A model generated the notes under the pieces. The model was given only the letters and a program-made list of their open reading frames with translations. It searched no databases and was not told the origin of the DNA. Source: Schmidtea polychroa (Eukaryota). From it: 64,000 nt of DNA. Location: positions 47,307,727 to 47,371,726 of the forward strand of contig CM097885.1 of NCBI GenBank assembly GCA_044892525.1, given 5' to 3'. Position numbers and translations under genes: made by a program. Positions 35,673 to 50,178 of the stretch are shown piece after piece; position 1 is the stretch's first letter, and each line of letters opens with the position of its first letter.

Positions 35673-36399
35673 GGATATAATAACTCATTAAATTAAGGAT
35701 TTTAAACAAATTTATCAATTATATATAAAAAAATTTTTTATTTTATAAAAAAAATTATATTATTTTTTTAAAATTTTAACATTTAAAATTTAATTTAATA
35801 ATTTAAAAAATTTTTTTTATTAATTATTTAATTTAATACAACAATCAATTCACTCCTCCTAGTTTGGTTAAAGTAAAAATTGTATATTAATAAAATATTA
35901 TAATTTGATTGATTTACTATATATATATATACACCAATAAAAAGACATTGCTAAATATAAAATTAAATGTTTATAATAAATTATATACAAAAATCCTGAA
36001 GTAACAAGGGGCACGCAAATTATAAAAAAAATTAACAAAGGGCTCAAGCGACCTCCTTATTGCTTACCACTGCATAGGGGAAATAAAATGTAGTGGTAAC
36101 AGAATAGTTTAGGTGCTGATTTGTAAAGTGATTTCGAATGTAAAATTAACAGGTTTTTGTACTTCAATATATGAAAGGAAAATTTAAGACATTTTGCCCC
36201 CCCCCCCATTTGGGTTTTAGCACGTTTATGTAAATGACGGTTTCTTGTCAAATGGAGGTAAGAAAAAGTAAATTGCTTTCCTTTGACTGGGCGTTAAAAT
36301 TAAATTTATCATTTATTAAATTAGTAGATTTTTAATTGATTAATTTCGATTGAATTCCGAATAAGGAACAGTAAATTTAGTTTAAATTGATATTGTGTA

Positions 36400-36740
36400 C
36401 AGTGGCGTAACTAGTGGACGCAGGATCCTGCGTTGCGGAGGCCCACCAGCTATAGAGGGCCCAAAATTATTACTAAAAAAATATTTACAATCATTTTCTG
36501 AAACATTTTTCCCACAGTTAATTTTGCCTACAAACATAAAACTATCATTGATTAGCGGCTTCTGTGAATAACTATGTATTAAACTTTAACCGAAAACTTT
36601 TTTTGCCAATATGAAGGCAAGGAGAAATATTTTAAAATTTAAGGTCCATTAAGTTTATCTAACTTGTTTTTGTTAAAAAAAATTATTGTGGAATTATTTT
36701 ACATTGCGCGGAAGGCCCAAATTTTGAAGTTCCGCCACTG
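36400..36740. mobile_element. hAT MITE
   Basis: CAGTGGCG...CGCCACTG ends; 8-bp TSD ATTGTGTA. Confidence 0.88.
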
Positions 36741-37993
36741 ATTGTGTAAGAACCAAAGGTTTACAGAGAGCTCCCGTGAATATTAATGTGTTAAATAGAG
36801 ATCAAAAGAAGAGTGTTAATAAAATGTATACAAATTTGCGCAAAGTTCGTTTTTACGAGTTATATACGTTCTCAAAAAACTGAAGTAAAAAGATACGTTT
36901 ACTTTTCTTAATTCTTTCCTTGCTAAAATGATCGCATTTTTTTTTAATCGCGTTAAAACAATTTCGCGGTTAAAGGATAGTTTAAAACAGAATATAAAGT
37001 TTTTTATTTGTTATGTTAAATATTACTTATTAATTTAAAAATAAAAAGCTTTATATAATTAGATAAAGTCTCCTAGCCAAAAGAATAATTCCTAAGGATC
37101 TCCCAAAGATTGAAAGTGCCTTTATGAGCTTTGACAATATACAATTATATTTAATTCATAAAATACATTTATTAGAAATTTAGATAAATTAAATTTGAAA
37201 GCATTTTCATTATAAATGAAATGTGACTGTTAGATCTGTTGGATTAGAACTTATGATATCCATTAAACTTTGATGATTAGATATTTTCAAATGTTTATTA
37301 TTTTTTTTACAACAGCTAAACAATGAAGACCATTTATGTCAATTCCGTATTCTACGATTTTCGTTAATTTAAATTACAATTATACTTTAAATAACTAATA
37401 TAATATTTTACACAATTATCATTAACATAAAATAGTTATTAAATATTAAATTAATTAATATTATATAATTTATTATATTAGGTAATTAAATTAATTAAAT
37501 AAAAGTATCATTAAAAAATAAATATAAATTATTTTTGATTTATTCTCGATTTATTCATTATTAATTTAATCTAATTTGAGTATCACTGAATACTTGACTC
37601 GTTAATTGAAGGATTATTTTTAGGTTTTTATTTTAATAATATTATACAAAATAAAAATTTTCTATTTTTTTATATTTCAATTTTTTATCATTTGGTTTAA
37701 TTAGAATAATATATTTGCTGCTAATTATTTTTTTCTTTTTATTAAAATTTTGAATTAATATTTTTTATAGGCAACATAGAGGGTGAATATTTTTTGGGAC
37801 AGCAAGTTGCTTGAGATAAGAAATAAGATGGTGGCCTATTTCTAGGTATATTTTTTTTACATATTGGTACATATTGGTATTGGACAAAATATTTTAACTC
37901 AATTTTTATAATTTGAAGCTGAAACGGAAAAGTGTTGGATAATATTCTAGGAAACCTGTTGTTGCGTCATTAGTTAAAAACTATAGTCTATAG

Positions 37994-38247
37994 CAGGGAT
38001 ATTCAACTGGCGGCCCGCGGGCCAGATCAGGCCCGCCGAAATTTGAAAAAGGCCCTTTCAATATCTTGGAATATTACACATATATAAAAATATTTGGTGA
38101 TATCTGCATAAAAACGCACACTAAAACCAGTTTATTTTTGTTACTTTGTAATCCGCTACAAAACTAACTACTTTTTAATTGATACGGCCCTCGATTGCCG
38201 TTATAAGAAAAATTTGGCCCTTCATAATATTTAGTTGAATACCCATG
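37994..38247. mobile_element. hAT (Charlie-like) MITE
   Basis: CAGGGATATTCAACT...AGTTGAATACCCATG ends; GGCCC motifs; 8-bp TSD GTCTATAG. Confidence 0.88.
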
Positions 38248-38319
38248 GTCTATAGTATTGATTTACATGTAGAATTTGTTATTATAATTTATTTAATTTT
38301 TTGCAATGCTAGAATTTTT

Positions 38320-39480
38320 ACATCTTCAAAAAGTTACTCGTAAGTTTGTAGTTCAAGGTTATTTATTTAACAAGATTACAGTTGGGAGCCCTGGCTTTGT
38401 GAAATGTTAAAATGAATAATACAATCACTCAAGAACAAGTTGATGTTGAAAGAACTCGTACTAGCATGGAAAGGAGGACTTGAAACAAGAGAAAACCAAC
38501 GCGGTCGATTGTTCAGAATAAGCTGATAAATGTTCTACTTGCAACAACTCATTTACTTCCAAAACGTCCAACTTTATCATGAAGTATACGAAGACATCGG
38601 TAACTGCCTGGACCTAATAATCAACAAGGTATTATTGTGTATTTTCTGATACAGATCAATCTTCCAATTATTCGTGTCAATCTATCAACATGGTTCTCTT
38701 TGGAGTTAACTACCATCTTAATTTTCTTTTAAGAATTCAACACTGATTTTCTGAATGGAATATTTTGAGTAGTCTTAAATGGATTTGATCAACTCTATAT
38801 GGTCCATAATCGTCTTAATGGAGAGTTTTTCCTATAGTTTACACATTACTATCCGAGAAAAACGAACAAGCATATCAATAACTTCTTCAAAAAATTATCG
38901 ATTTTCGTGCAGGTTTGAATCCAGTTTCGATTGTGTTTGATTTTGAATTGACAGAAATTCAGGCTTTTCAGAATATATTTTCGACGGCAACAATAACTGG
39001 AAGCATGTCTCACTTTGGTCAGTGGAAACTACAGTCAGAAAGTTTTCAAAACGTTACAGAAATGAAACGGATTTCTTGCTTCTTGTGAAATGTCTTCTTT
39101 CTCTAGCATTCATTCTAGCAGAAGACTCCACAGAAGTTTTCGAAATTCTGACTACTGATCTAGCTTGCTAAGAAATAGAAGTAATCTGTCATTACATGAA
39201 GGAAAGCTTTATCACACGCAAAGAAGAGAAAGAGGATGTATGCGAAGATTTCAATATGAAATGAATATTCGAGGGTCATCAATAACTTGCCTCGTGGTAA
39301 CAATGCAGTTGAGAGTTAGCACAGTGGTTTCAACAAGGTTGTTGGTTTTGCTAATACGTGAGTAACCAATTCAGCTCAAAAGTCACAATAGGAGCAGCAT
39401 AGCGCTCAACTTCATCGTCGTCAACTAGCGCTAGGTCTAACAACCGATAAGAAGGAGAAAAAATACAAGCTGGGAAAAAA
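38320..39480 (+). pseudogene. Decayed Mutator/MULE transposase
   Basis: IVFDFELTEIQAFQNIF...ITGSMSHFGQ (DFE...GCxFH motif) and GNNAVES (TNNxxE motif); frameshifts. Confidence 0.75.
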
Positions 39481-39519
39481 TTATTTTTTAATATGCAAAT
39501 AAAAAGTATAAAAAAGTAT

Positions 39520-40700
39520 GTAACTCATTTCCCGCTCTAAAATCATTTGATATCCATTTTTCATAATGAAACTGACTCAATTTTATCGAAACTCTAAATT
39601 TATTATAGCTTCATAAATCAAATCTTATTTACTTATTTCTTGGACACTGAATCTTACTCCATTTACTATTTCTATACATGAGTTTTGCAACGTCACTGAT
39701 ACTGTTGATAATCCCATGAAAATATGATTAAAATAAAACTGCCATTATGAAGTATTAAACGTAGTATAGTTTCTAGAATTTTCATTCAATTCTACTTGAT
39801 AGTTGGCCTGTCCAAAACTCAGCTAAGTAATCGAGCAACTGATGCATGTCTGACTTTGGAAACAGATTACTTTAAGCTGCCTGCGATCTACGCACTTTCG
39901 TATTGATCCATCTATCTTTCCAGAAATCAGTAATAGAAGGGTCCAAGGAATTTTACATGGACTTATCAATTCTGTTTCAACTAATCTTTCGACTAATTTA
40001 TTAATTATAAAGTCGGTGACCCATTAACTGTGCTACCATGACATAATATGATTTTTCATTTTGTATTATCAAGATCAAATTTCGAAGACATAAGACAATA
40101 TTAGAATCATTTTACTGCATTCTTTACCCTATCTTCCTTTGAATATTTTCTATCAATCATTGAAGCATCAATATTATTAACTCATAATTGTTATAGGACC
40201 TCCTGAATCGTATATCATATCAAATTCAGCATTTTAAACTTTCATTCTGCTCCCCGGTTTTCCATTATTTGTCTTTAACTTTTTAGTCTTCTTAGTCTTT
40301 TTACCTTTTTTGTATATTAATCTACATTAAACGTTATTCAATCAATTGGCAATTTAGCTTTATTCGTTTTCTTATATGTTTAAATTTTCCTCCGTAAATT
40401 ATTTGATTAAACTGGCGCTGTCCGAATTTCTGCTCATTCGATACTGGATCTATTTTGAATGTATGATTTATTGCCCAATTAGGCTAACATGAGACGCTAT
40501 TTAGTATTGAATTACTTTTCCTAATTTTATTTATTGGCCAATTAAGCAGACGTTCAGCTAGATTCTCCATGATTCGTGGGCTTGTCATAAAGATCAATTA
40601 ATTAATTAATTCGTTTTCTTTGGTACCTGATTCTTCTAACAACATCTTGTGGGTTTAAAATTATTTTATGTCATCAAAATTTAACTTTTCCCTCCGAAAA
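39520..40700 (-). pseudogene. Highly decayed Ty3/gypsy protease-RT remnant
   Basis: DSGG protease-like motif near 40200; PW...KIDGSIRKCVD..QL; YQVELNENSRNYTTFNT. Confidence 0.6.
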
Positions 40701-42034
40701 ATATTGTTTTTACTTTTTTCAAATTTTAATTAATTTTTTAATTGATTTTGATAATTCGTAATTTTTCAATTTTATTTCATACGTTTTGTATATCCCCAAC
40801 ATAATTCATAAATTGCCAAAAACTCCGAATTGAAATATATATTATATCACACGTTTCCTCAATTTTCTACAAAATCCCCATAATTGGTATATTTTTGGCA
40901 AAGAATTTATCGCTTAAAAATTTGAATTCTTTCGTTTAATTTGTAAAAATTTAGAAGACAATTTCGGATATTTAAAATTTTATTTATTCAACTAATTTAT
41001 TTATTTCCTAAAGAAAAGAATTGTTTTAATTATGTATTGAAATTTGTATTTCTTTTTACAGAAAATGGAAAATATTTTTAATATCAGGTTAGAAGTGATT
41101 TAGAAACTAAATATAATGAACTTTATTATTTAATTACTTTTTGTATAAAAATTTATTCATAAATCCTGAATTTATCCTACATTTGAAACAAAAATTGAAT
41201 ATTTTATTAATTTAAATTCAGACGAATGAAAAAAGAATTTATTGTAAAATTTTAACATATTTTATAATTTTTATATATAAATAAATAATAAATTTTTTAT
41301 TTTATCCAATTACAATATATTGTGGAATTTTCAGGAAATAACAAAATAGTAAAATATACCAAAAATATAGGTAAAAAAGTGAATGTAAAAGTTTTGAAAT
41401 AATACAATTTTCATAATTTTGAAGAATCATTATTTTTATTGGTATATTTAATTTATTATTAATAAAACATTTGAGAGTAATTAAATCAATTTTGCACACA
41501 TTTATTTTAATTTCATTTATACAATTTTATATGAATAGTGCTACTTTTTAAAGAATATGACATCAAAGTTTTCAGTGCTTTGAAATTAAAATACAAGTTG
41601 CATTGTCGAATTGTTTATGTACACAGTGTAATATTGCAATAATATTTGTTGACAATTAAAAACTTTAATTTAAAAATGTTTATCGGATTTTTCTTTGCTA
41701 TAAAAAATATTGTTATAAAATATTTTTAATAATTTTAATTAAGATATATTGTTAAAATCTTGTTTTAGATTTTTACTGGTGTCTATTTCTCAATAAATTT
41801 ATTAAATTTATTTTTATAAATTTCATAAATGAATTTTTTGAAATACCAAAATATTGAAAAACTAATAAATTTGTTTTGAATATTTCCCTTTCAAATTATT
41901 TCAAGCAGAATTCGTTTTATTTCAGTATTTTAATATCATTTTAGACTATATTTGGCATGAATATTTGATACAGACTTTTTCAGTTTTTACAAATAATTAA
42001 AAAAACAAATTTGCATTAAATTTAATAAAAACTA

Positions 42035-42204
42035 GGGCGACGCTCTAGTATAGGGGGGGGGCAATATAAATATAAATAAAAATTAATTAATTGATTATAA
42101 AATTATATATACTCCGAGTTTATCCGACAAAATATTCTGTCCCCCTATGGATAATGGTCACGCTCAACAACTTGCAATGGTACTATTATTATTATTATTA
42201 TTGC

Positions 42205-42276
<72 letters not shown>

Positions 42277-42331
42277 ATCAATTAATTAATTTTTATTTAT
42301 ATTTATATTGCCCCCTATACTAGAGCGTCCC
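42035..42331. mobile_element. MITE with ~65-bp TIRs enclosing a Polinton-TIR-like segment and (TAT)n
   Basis: GGGCGACGCTCTAGTATAGGGG...CCCCTATACTAGAGCGTCCC; AAAACTA duplicated on both sides. Confidence 0.8.
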
Positions 42332-43456
42332 AAAACTAGTCAATGACAAAAACTTATAAAATCAGTATAATAATTTATACTTTTGTTTACCTTTGATTTT
42401 ATTTTTTAAGAATTTCATTTATCTTCATCAATGATTTTTTTGCTATTTATCACAGATTCCGGATACTGTTTGTTTAAGGGTCACTTCGATTTGTGTTAAC
42501 AGTTGTTTGGTAATAGGAGTTTTATATTTTTATTTTACATTTAAATTAATTTTAATGAATATTAATTTATTTAAGTTTCTCCAAAAAAGAATAGAGTGAA
42601 ACGACGAGGCCTAAGCCTACGAGACATGAAATTTTAATGAACGTTGGTGCTTTTTTTGATAAAATAGGTTTAAAACCTCCTTACAAATACTTGCTTCCGA
42701 TTATTCAGTTTACATCAATGTTTATCTAATGCATGTAAATTTTCCGCACTTAATTTGAATTTTATTGGATTTGAATTATAATTGTGTTCATTTTAGCTTT
42801 GAGGTCTTGTTTCAAAATTATATAATTTCTAAATACAACTAAACTTAAAATATGCATTGATTTTGTTAAGAAGATCCTTTATATCTTCGCATTCCTCAAT
42901 AAATGAAAACTTTCCAGTTACTTAAAAGACTTTATCGTCAGCATCGTTTGATGAAATGGGGATGTAGGAATGTTTTAAAATTAATTTATCAAACAGTAAT
43001 ATTTTAAAATTGAAACCTTTTCGTAAATTTTTATAAAATTAACATTTTCATAACATTACATTGTAACATTTTTAAAAATTTTAAATTAATAAAATTTTCA
43101 TAGCATATATAGAATATTTCATAATTTTTAATAAATGATTAGATACAGTTTGATAAAGTAAGTTGTTTGAATGAATGAGTTAAATTTTTAATCTTCCTAA
43201 GTTTAGGAAAATATTTTTAGAAGATCTTCCTGATTATTTTATTTTGAAGAACAATTGTTTCTAAGATATATATTAAACATTTTAGTTTACTTTGCCAATC
43301 TACAAATCCAAAGCCATTGTTTCGAATTATTCTATTTTGAGATATTTTTGTATTTAATTATTAATAATGATATTTATCAAAAGAAATGTCACTGCTTGTA
43401 GGTGCTACCGAAAATTTATAAAGATTATAAAGATAACGCCAATCAAACATTCTTTT

Positions 43457-43495
43457 CACGATATATTTCGACAGTTTTCCTGTCATCATCAGGTG
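43457..43495 (-). ncRNA. Minimal type I hammerhead ribozyme, second copy
   Basis: Same motif as 35634-35672 with loop III TATA; an inverted copy lacking CTGA lies at ~43858-43890. Confidence 0.8.
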
Positions 43496-44299
43496 GAATA
43501 TAATAACTATGCAATTTAAGGATTTTAAACAAATTTATTAATTATATAAAAACTTTATTTAAGAAAAACATTTATTTATTTTTAAAATTTTAGCATTTAG
43601 AATTTAATTTAATAATTTAAAAAATTTTATTAATTATTTAATTTAAGATTAGGTATGTCTGATTTTAAAATGTTATTAAAAAATTTTGATAACTATTGGG
43701 AACGTGTGATTTGTGAGGCCTTGTTGATAAAGTCATTGAATCCGAAAATTAATGTGCAGAATGCAGTGAATACTTGTATTTTATATGTTTTTAAATAATT
43801 TTTTCTTGTATATTGTATGTATTGATTGTTGTGTTAAATTAAATAATTAATAAAATTATGACAAGAAAACTGTCGAAATATATCGTGAAAAGAATGTTTG
43901 ATTGGCGTTATCTTTATAATCTTTATAAATTTAAATGATTGCCATGTATGTTTAACTATTTATTCATAAATCTTGATTGCTTGTAACTCAATATAACCAT
44001 TAAAAGTTTTATTAATTGTAAATTTTACAACATCAAAAATAATATATTCAATGAAAAACATTTCTACAAAATTAATTTTATTTGCTTTTTAGAAAGCTTT
44101 ACCGAGAAAAAAAATATTTTTAAATAATATAGGTTAATACATTTTTCCAGGACAAATGTTTTCCCCTATCAATTGCCATTGCAATTGAAATATTCAGAAA
44201 AAATCTTTATACCATATCCATTTATTAAGGAAATTTTTTGATATTAAGTCCCTATTAATGAGATTGTGGGCAGTGGGGAAATAATTGACAAATCGAAAT

Positions 44300-45516
44300 A
44301 TTTTTGTGATATGATTGGATTATTTCTAATATGTATATATTAGGTATCTTTCAAATATTTATCATTTTTTTCTTCAAATTTCAATATTAGAAGTTTAAAT
44401 TTAGGAGGATTTAGTAAAGTTTAACTTTCAGAAGGTGGTTGCATCGGCCACTTGGCTGATTTCGATCCATTTTTGAAGGAGCTTATTCGAAGACAGAAAT
44501 CCAGGCAGAGAATATTGTTCTAACGTTATATGTGAAGAATTTATTGGTATGGTGGCATCTCAAGTTACAATGCAAATAATATCTGAAATAAATTTACATT
44601 CGAAATATATTCATCTCCTGATAATGGACCAGCTCGCAGTACACAAAAATAGAAATGAAGTTGAGTATTTATGAAATTTATTGGAAATGATGGAAAATAT
44701 TTGTTCGATGTTTCATGAAATACTTTGGAGCATTACGATACAAGTATTGAAAATTTTATATCACAGTCATATGATAATGCTAGTAATTTGAGTGGCTTAT
44801 ATTCAGAATTGCAAGCTAGATTTAAAGAAATAAATCACTTGGCTTAATGGGTTTTTTGTGCAGCACACAGTCTTAATTTGTTTGATGTAACTACTGTAGA
44901 GTGTTGCTTAGAAGCAGTGAATTTTTTTAGGAAATTCCCAATCTACATATACTTTTTTTCTCTTCATCGCAAAGGTGGTCCAAATTTAAAAACAATATCT
45001 ATGTTCAATTTTTTCAGAAACCAGATGGTCTGTATAAGTCGATGGTACTAAAGCTCTTTTAATAAATTACTCTGAAAAATAGTGGGAAATTTTAGATATA
45101 ACTCAATATAAACGTCAATGTTAATAGCTGTTCTTGAAGCGAACTCTCTAATAAAAAAGTCTAATAAATTTGGAAAAGCATTTGAAAAGCTTACAACAAA
45201 ATATAAATATTGTCAATAAAGCTTTACAAGAGGCTAGCATAGAACTGTGTACATTTATAAAATTATTTGATACACTCATAGAACACTTTGATAAATTTCG
45301 CACAAATTTTGACGAAATTTTAAATAACATTGATCCTAACTTAAACCCGAGTGCTAGAGAATTTTAATAAAAGGATATTTTTTAAATAAATGAATTTTGC
45401 TTTGAAGAATACATTTTGAATTATATTCAATTTCAACAAAGTTTTTTCGTAGGCCCTTTGGAGATTGTAAGCCCTAGACACAGTGCATATTGCGACAATG
45501 TTATAATTCGGTCCTG
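44300..45516 (+). pseudogene. Decayed hAT transposase (ZMYM1-like) with 3' end
   Basis: SQSYDNASNLSG...FCAAHSLNL and SETRWS motifs; ends ...TAATTCGGTCCTG. Confidence 0.82.
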
Positions 45517-45984
45517 CTGAGAATGACAGTAGTAAATAAGGGAATTTTACATAGAAAACTTAGAAATCGTGATTATATTAAGAAACATCTTTAAAATAAT
45601 TTACCCCTCTAAATTGAATCTGTCAGCGCATTATCAAACCATATTTCTTCTAACTATCAATTAATCAAGACCCCCTTGTTCATTTATTAAATAATTTTAT
45701 CTTATCAAAATTAAAAAAAATTTTGATCTTTTAAATCCAAGCTTTATTAATTAAAATTGGACAGACTTATAATAAATATTTAAATAAATTTTAAATAATC
45801 TTATAAATAAAATTAAGAATTAACATTTAATTCACAAAATATTACAAAATAATATTTAATAACAATTTTTAAATTCATTGATAGATTGCAGAATTTGGTA
45901 TGACTTTTGTTCATAAATTGATAATTGATCTAAATTAATAAAATATTCAATATTTTATTTTAGTTTACCTGATCTCATTATATT

Positions 45985-47010
45985 ATACTAGTAATAAATT
46001 ATTACTAATAACACGTTCAAAATTACGGTAAAGCGAATAATGATAATGATAATTGTAGAGAATAAGAATAATTTGATAAATTCCAAAAACTTTATTTAAG
46101 AAATTGTGGTACTATTTATAGTATCCGGTGTGTCGACACCAACACAATCAGCAATAGCTTATTGAGAAATAATAATCATTGACATAATTTTAGGAACCAG
46201 ACAATCAAAAATGATAAATCACACATGCAGGCATTACATAATATAGGGTAAAGGTTAGGGAAATCAAATATAAAATCCCCTCGTTTTAAATGGTTTTAGC
46301 CATTCCACATTTCTAGTAATACATTTATTATCAGCATTCTTAAATAAATAACTATTTTTATTATATTTTTCCATTATTTCAAAAGGTCCGCAATACCTGT
46401 TATCTTTCTTGTTTCTGATATCTTCCTTGACGAGTACCAATTCACCGGCTCTGAAAGATCTATGTATTCGACTTTCTTGATTATAATTATTCATACGGTT
46501 CAATGATTTAATATTCAATGCTAGTTCATACTTCTTTGATTCTTTAGTATCAATTTCTGGACCATTAGTAAAACGCTCTTTGCAAAATTTCCTTCCATAA
46601 ATTACTTCAACAGGACTAACTTTTTTACTTGACTGCACTGTTGAATTCATTGCAAATTCTATATGAGGCAAAGCTTCTTCCCATGTCTTAAATTGTTTCT
46701 CTTCCAGACAGCATGAAATTCAATCTCAGCGTTCTAAATTGTCTTACAATATGTCCATTAGATTAATGATGATAAGGGCTTGAATAAACTATTTTCAAGT
46801 GATACTTTACTGACAAATTTTTAAAAACTTGGGATTTCCCTTTATCAGCATGAATTTCCTTTGGCGGTCCAAACTTCAATATCCACGAACTTTTCACATT
46901 ATCAATTAATGTCTTTTCTTCTTGTGTTCTTACAGCTTTTAATACTATATATTTACTATAATGATCTATTATAGTCATCACATATCTTTTGCCAGATGGT
47001 GTCATTTTAA
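45985..47010 (-). mobile_element. Ty3/gypsy 3' part: integrase with GPY/F domain, PPT and probable 3' LTR
   Basis: RYVMTIIDHYSKY, FGPPKEIHADKG, SSPYH, FAMNST, CGPFEI; purine tract GAGGGGA at the ORF end. Confidence 0.85.
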
Positions 47011-47028
47011 AAAGGCCATAAAAATCAA

Positions 47029-47099
<71 letters not shown>

Positions 47100-47100
<1 letters not shown>

Positions 47101-47971
47101 AACTTTTTTTCCAATTTCACCACTGATAATTTTTTCATTGAATTTTCCATCGATGTTTTTTGATACTCACGAGTTGTTGGAAATGAATATCGTAAAATCA
47201 GACCTTGCTGACATTATAAAGGATGGAGTTGAAGAAAATATCAATGAAGTCAGGGGCGGCTCAAGAAATTTTGTCCAAGCCTAACGCCCTAGGCGAATTT
47301 TTATGAAGCGCTTACCTTAAAGAATGCCAACTGAAACATTATGTTTTAGTAATCTAAATTTCTTAATTCAAGGAGTAGGAATTTGATAATATTTTTATTG
47401 AGTGAAATAAAAAATTTGTCCATTTCAAAATATAATAATATATGCAGTTTCAAAATACATAAATTATAGTACAAAATAATATAGGAGTGACAATTGTGAA
47501 AGAGAAAAATTAAAGATATCATAATAAATAATTTTTTTATATATTCGAGAAATAATTTTGAAAAATATTTTGCGCCCTATGCGGTCGCCTAATTCGCTTA
47601 TATGGTAGAGCCGTCCTTGAATGAAGTAATAGAAGAAATATTTGAAAATCTTGATGGAATTGAAAACATTCAATTTTACAATGGCGAAGAGATTATAAAT
47701 GATGTTGAAAATTCAGATGTTTTAAAACAATTAGAAAAATTAGAGGAAAGGGTTAGAATATTTAGTTCAGATTCTTTAAAATAATTTTATGCATTCTGAA
47801 AAAAACTTTTGAATAATATTAGAAAAGTTCGTGAAATCAAAATTACCGATTTTTTGATTAAAAAATAAATATGAAACTTATTTATTTTACATCTAAAGTT
47901 CTTATTTAATGTTTAACTTCGGGTTCTGGGGCACTTCGTTAAAAATGATGCCCTGAACCGAGATCCGACTG
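47100..47971 (+). mobile_element. pogo/Tc1-like element 3' remnant, interrupted by a hAT MITE
   Basis: Acidic ORF remains ending ...KITDF; terminus ...GATCCGACTG|TA. Confidence 0.45.
47251..47619. mobile_element. hAT MITE
   Basis: CAGGGGCGGCTC...GAGCCGTCCTTG ends; 8-bp TSD AATGAAGT. Confidence 0.88.
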
Positions 47972-50178
47972 TACAAGGATTTTGAGTTTTTCATTTTAAG
48001 ACGGAATGTTTATTTCAAGCATGTTTCAAACTGTTAAGTAATATATTCAGGTTCAGATTGAATGCAGTTAAATAATTGTAAATTAATTTAGTTATTTCGT
48101 ACATAAGACGCCAATACCTTGCTAAACTGTTTCTATTATATGGCTTAATAATGCATTTCGAAACGTAAATATAGTAATTTTAAAAGTTTTTCTATGAAAA
48201 GAAACAGATTTCGTGAAAATTATATAGCTTTCTATAAATATAAGTAATTAATAATATAGAATTTTCCTCAACTTTCTAGAAACTTAACTTTGCTGAATTG
48301 TGAGTTAATAGTGTATTATACAAAGCAAGACCTCACTAATCTCTTTGCAACCTTCCTTCAATCGTAACACAATATAGTTTCACCTGATAAGTCCGATTGA
48401 ATTACCAAAGCCTTTATTTCATTTATCCACTTATTACTTTATTACTTGGAATGTCTCTGAGAAATCAACAGTATATAAATGCATACAAAACTGTTTTGTT
48501 ACATATTTTATTTAGTGTTTAAAGTTTTTTTTGATTTTGTCCCATTTTTATATTTTATGAGAATAATAAGTTAATTAATATTTCTTTTGTTTAATTTCAT
48601 AAATACCGAAACTTACATTTAAAAATAATATATTTTAAAAAGTTTCAAAAGTTTAAATGTGTGATTAGTTAATTTTGATAAATTTTTGTGTTAAATTGGT
48701 ATATTAAAATCGATATTAAATTATATCATATCATAATAAATTATATTAACGTATCGTAAATTAAAGTAATTATTATGACCAATAGTTACATCAATATTAA
48801 TAATTGCCACGCCCCAGTTGTTTAAATTTTCAGAAAAACAAAAGAATTTAAAATTGTTATTAATAACTAAATGTTGGAAGAAGATTTGAATTTAATTACG
48901 TTTATCATGTCCAAAGATGTCATGGCATTCCAGGATTATTAACATTCACTTAAAAATAAAAAGTAGAATATTTTGACAAATCATATGCTAAAACCATCAT
49001 TCTTTCAGATTATAAATAAATGCGTTGTTTTTTTATTCAGAATATCATATTAACTAAAGTCAAATATTTATTTAACCAGATAATTATATTTCAATACCTA
49101 TTTATTATCTCAAAGCTATACCTGATATGGTCGACAATTTCTCTGAAACATTTTTGAAATTTGTCTTGGCCAATTTGGTTTTGTTGTCAGCCTAAAACAA
49201 ATTTAATTAATCAGCTCGGATTTCTACAGTACTTCGATGATTTTCTTTTCCAAGCTTAACTTTTTCAATTGTAGGTCAAGGTTTTGATTTCGGTTCTGAA
49301 AAGATAAATAAAACAAAAATAGCCGTTTTTGGTGTAAAATTTTATTCAAAATTTATCGATTTATATCTAACGATATATGGTGGTTAATCCTAATGTTAAT
49401 TATCGCGTCTGTGGCACGTTGCTTTTGGAATTGTACTTATTTTTTTATGTTTTCGCACACAGACGTGAATAATGGTTCATGATTTGCAATTGTGTTTGGA
49501 ATTTATTTGAGTAGTTGTTGTTTTATTTTCGAGTCTGGTTTTTAGTAGATTTTGAGTTTCTCTTAAAAGCTTTGTTGGAATTGTTGAAAGCGACTTGCAA
49601 TTTATAAAAGATTTCTAAACGAAATTGGGAATATATATGAAGATTTTAACGATTGCAAAAGATCAAAGACATATGACTTTTCATACTTTGAATTTTCCAA
49701 GGTCAAATAAGGTTAGACATTCAAACAAAGGTATCATTAGAAAGGTCTTGAAGAGCTATATCCTCTACCCTCAACCAATTATTATTAAAATTTTTATTAT
49801 TATTATTATATATTCCGAGTTTATCCGACAAGATATTTTGTTCCCCTATGGGTACTGCTCACAAAGGTACGGTTCACATTCAACATATTCAAGCCTATAC
49901 ATTTATTAAACAATAATTTATCAATCGTTTACTCATATTATTAATATTATTATTAAAATTATTATTTGTACACACATTGTACTGAGTAGCAACAACGCAT
50001 TCATTATGGATAATCGCCATCAGCTAAATAGTCATTATCATCATTGTTCTATTTTAACGACTATTATAATAATAAACTTTTTTAGTTTTAATTGATCTCG
50101 CAATTTTTGCACATTCACGATTAGTGGCCCTGAAGAGGGCCGATTGTTCGTTCTCATTTTTTTAATCAATATTCGTAA

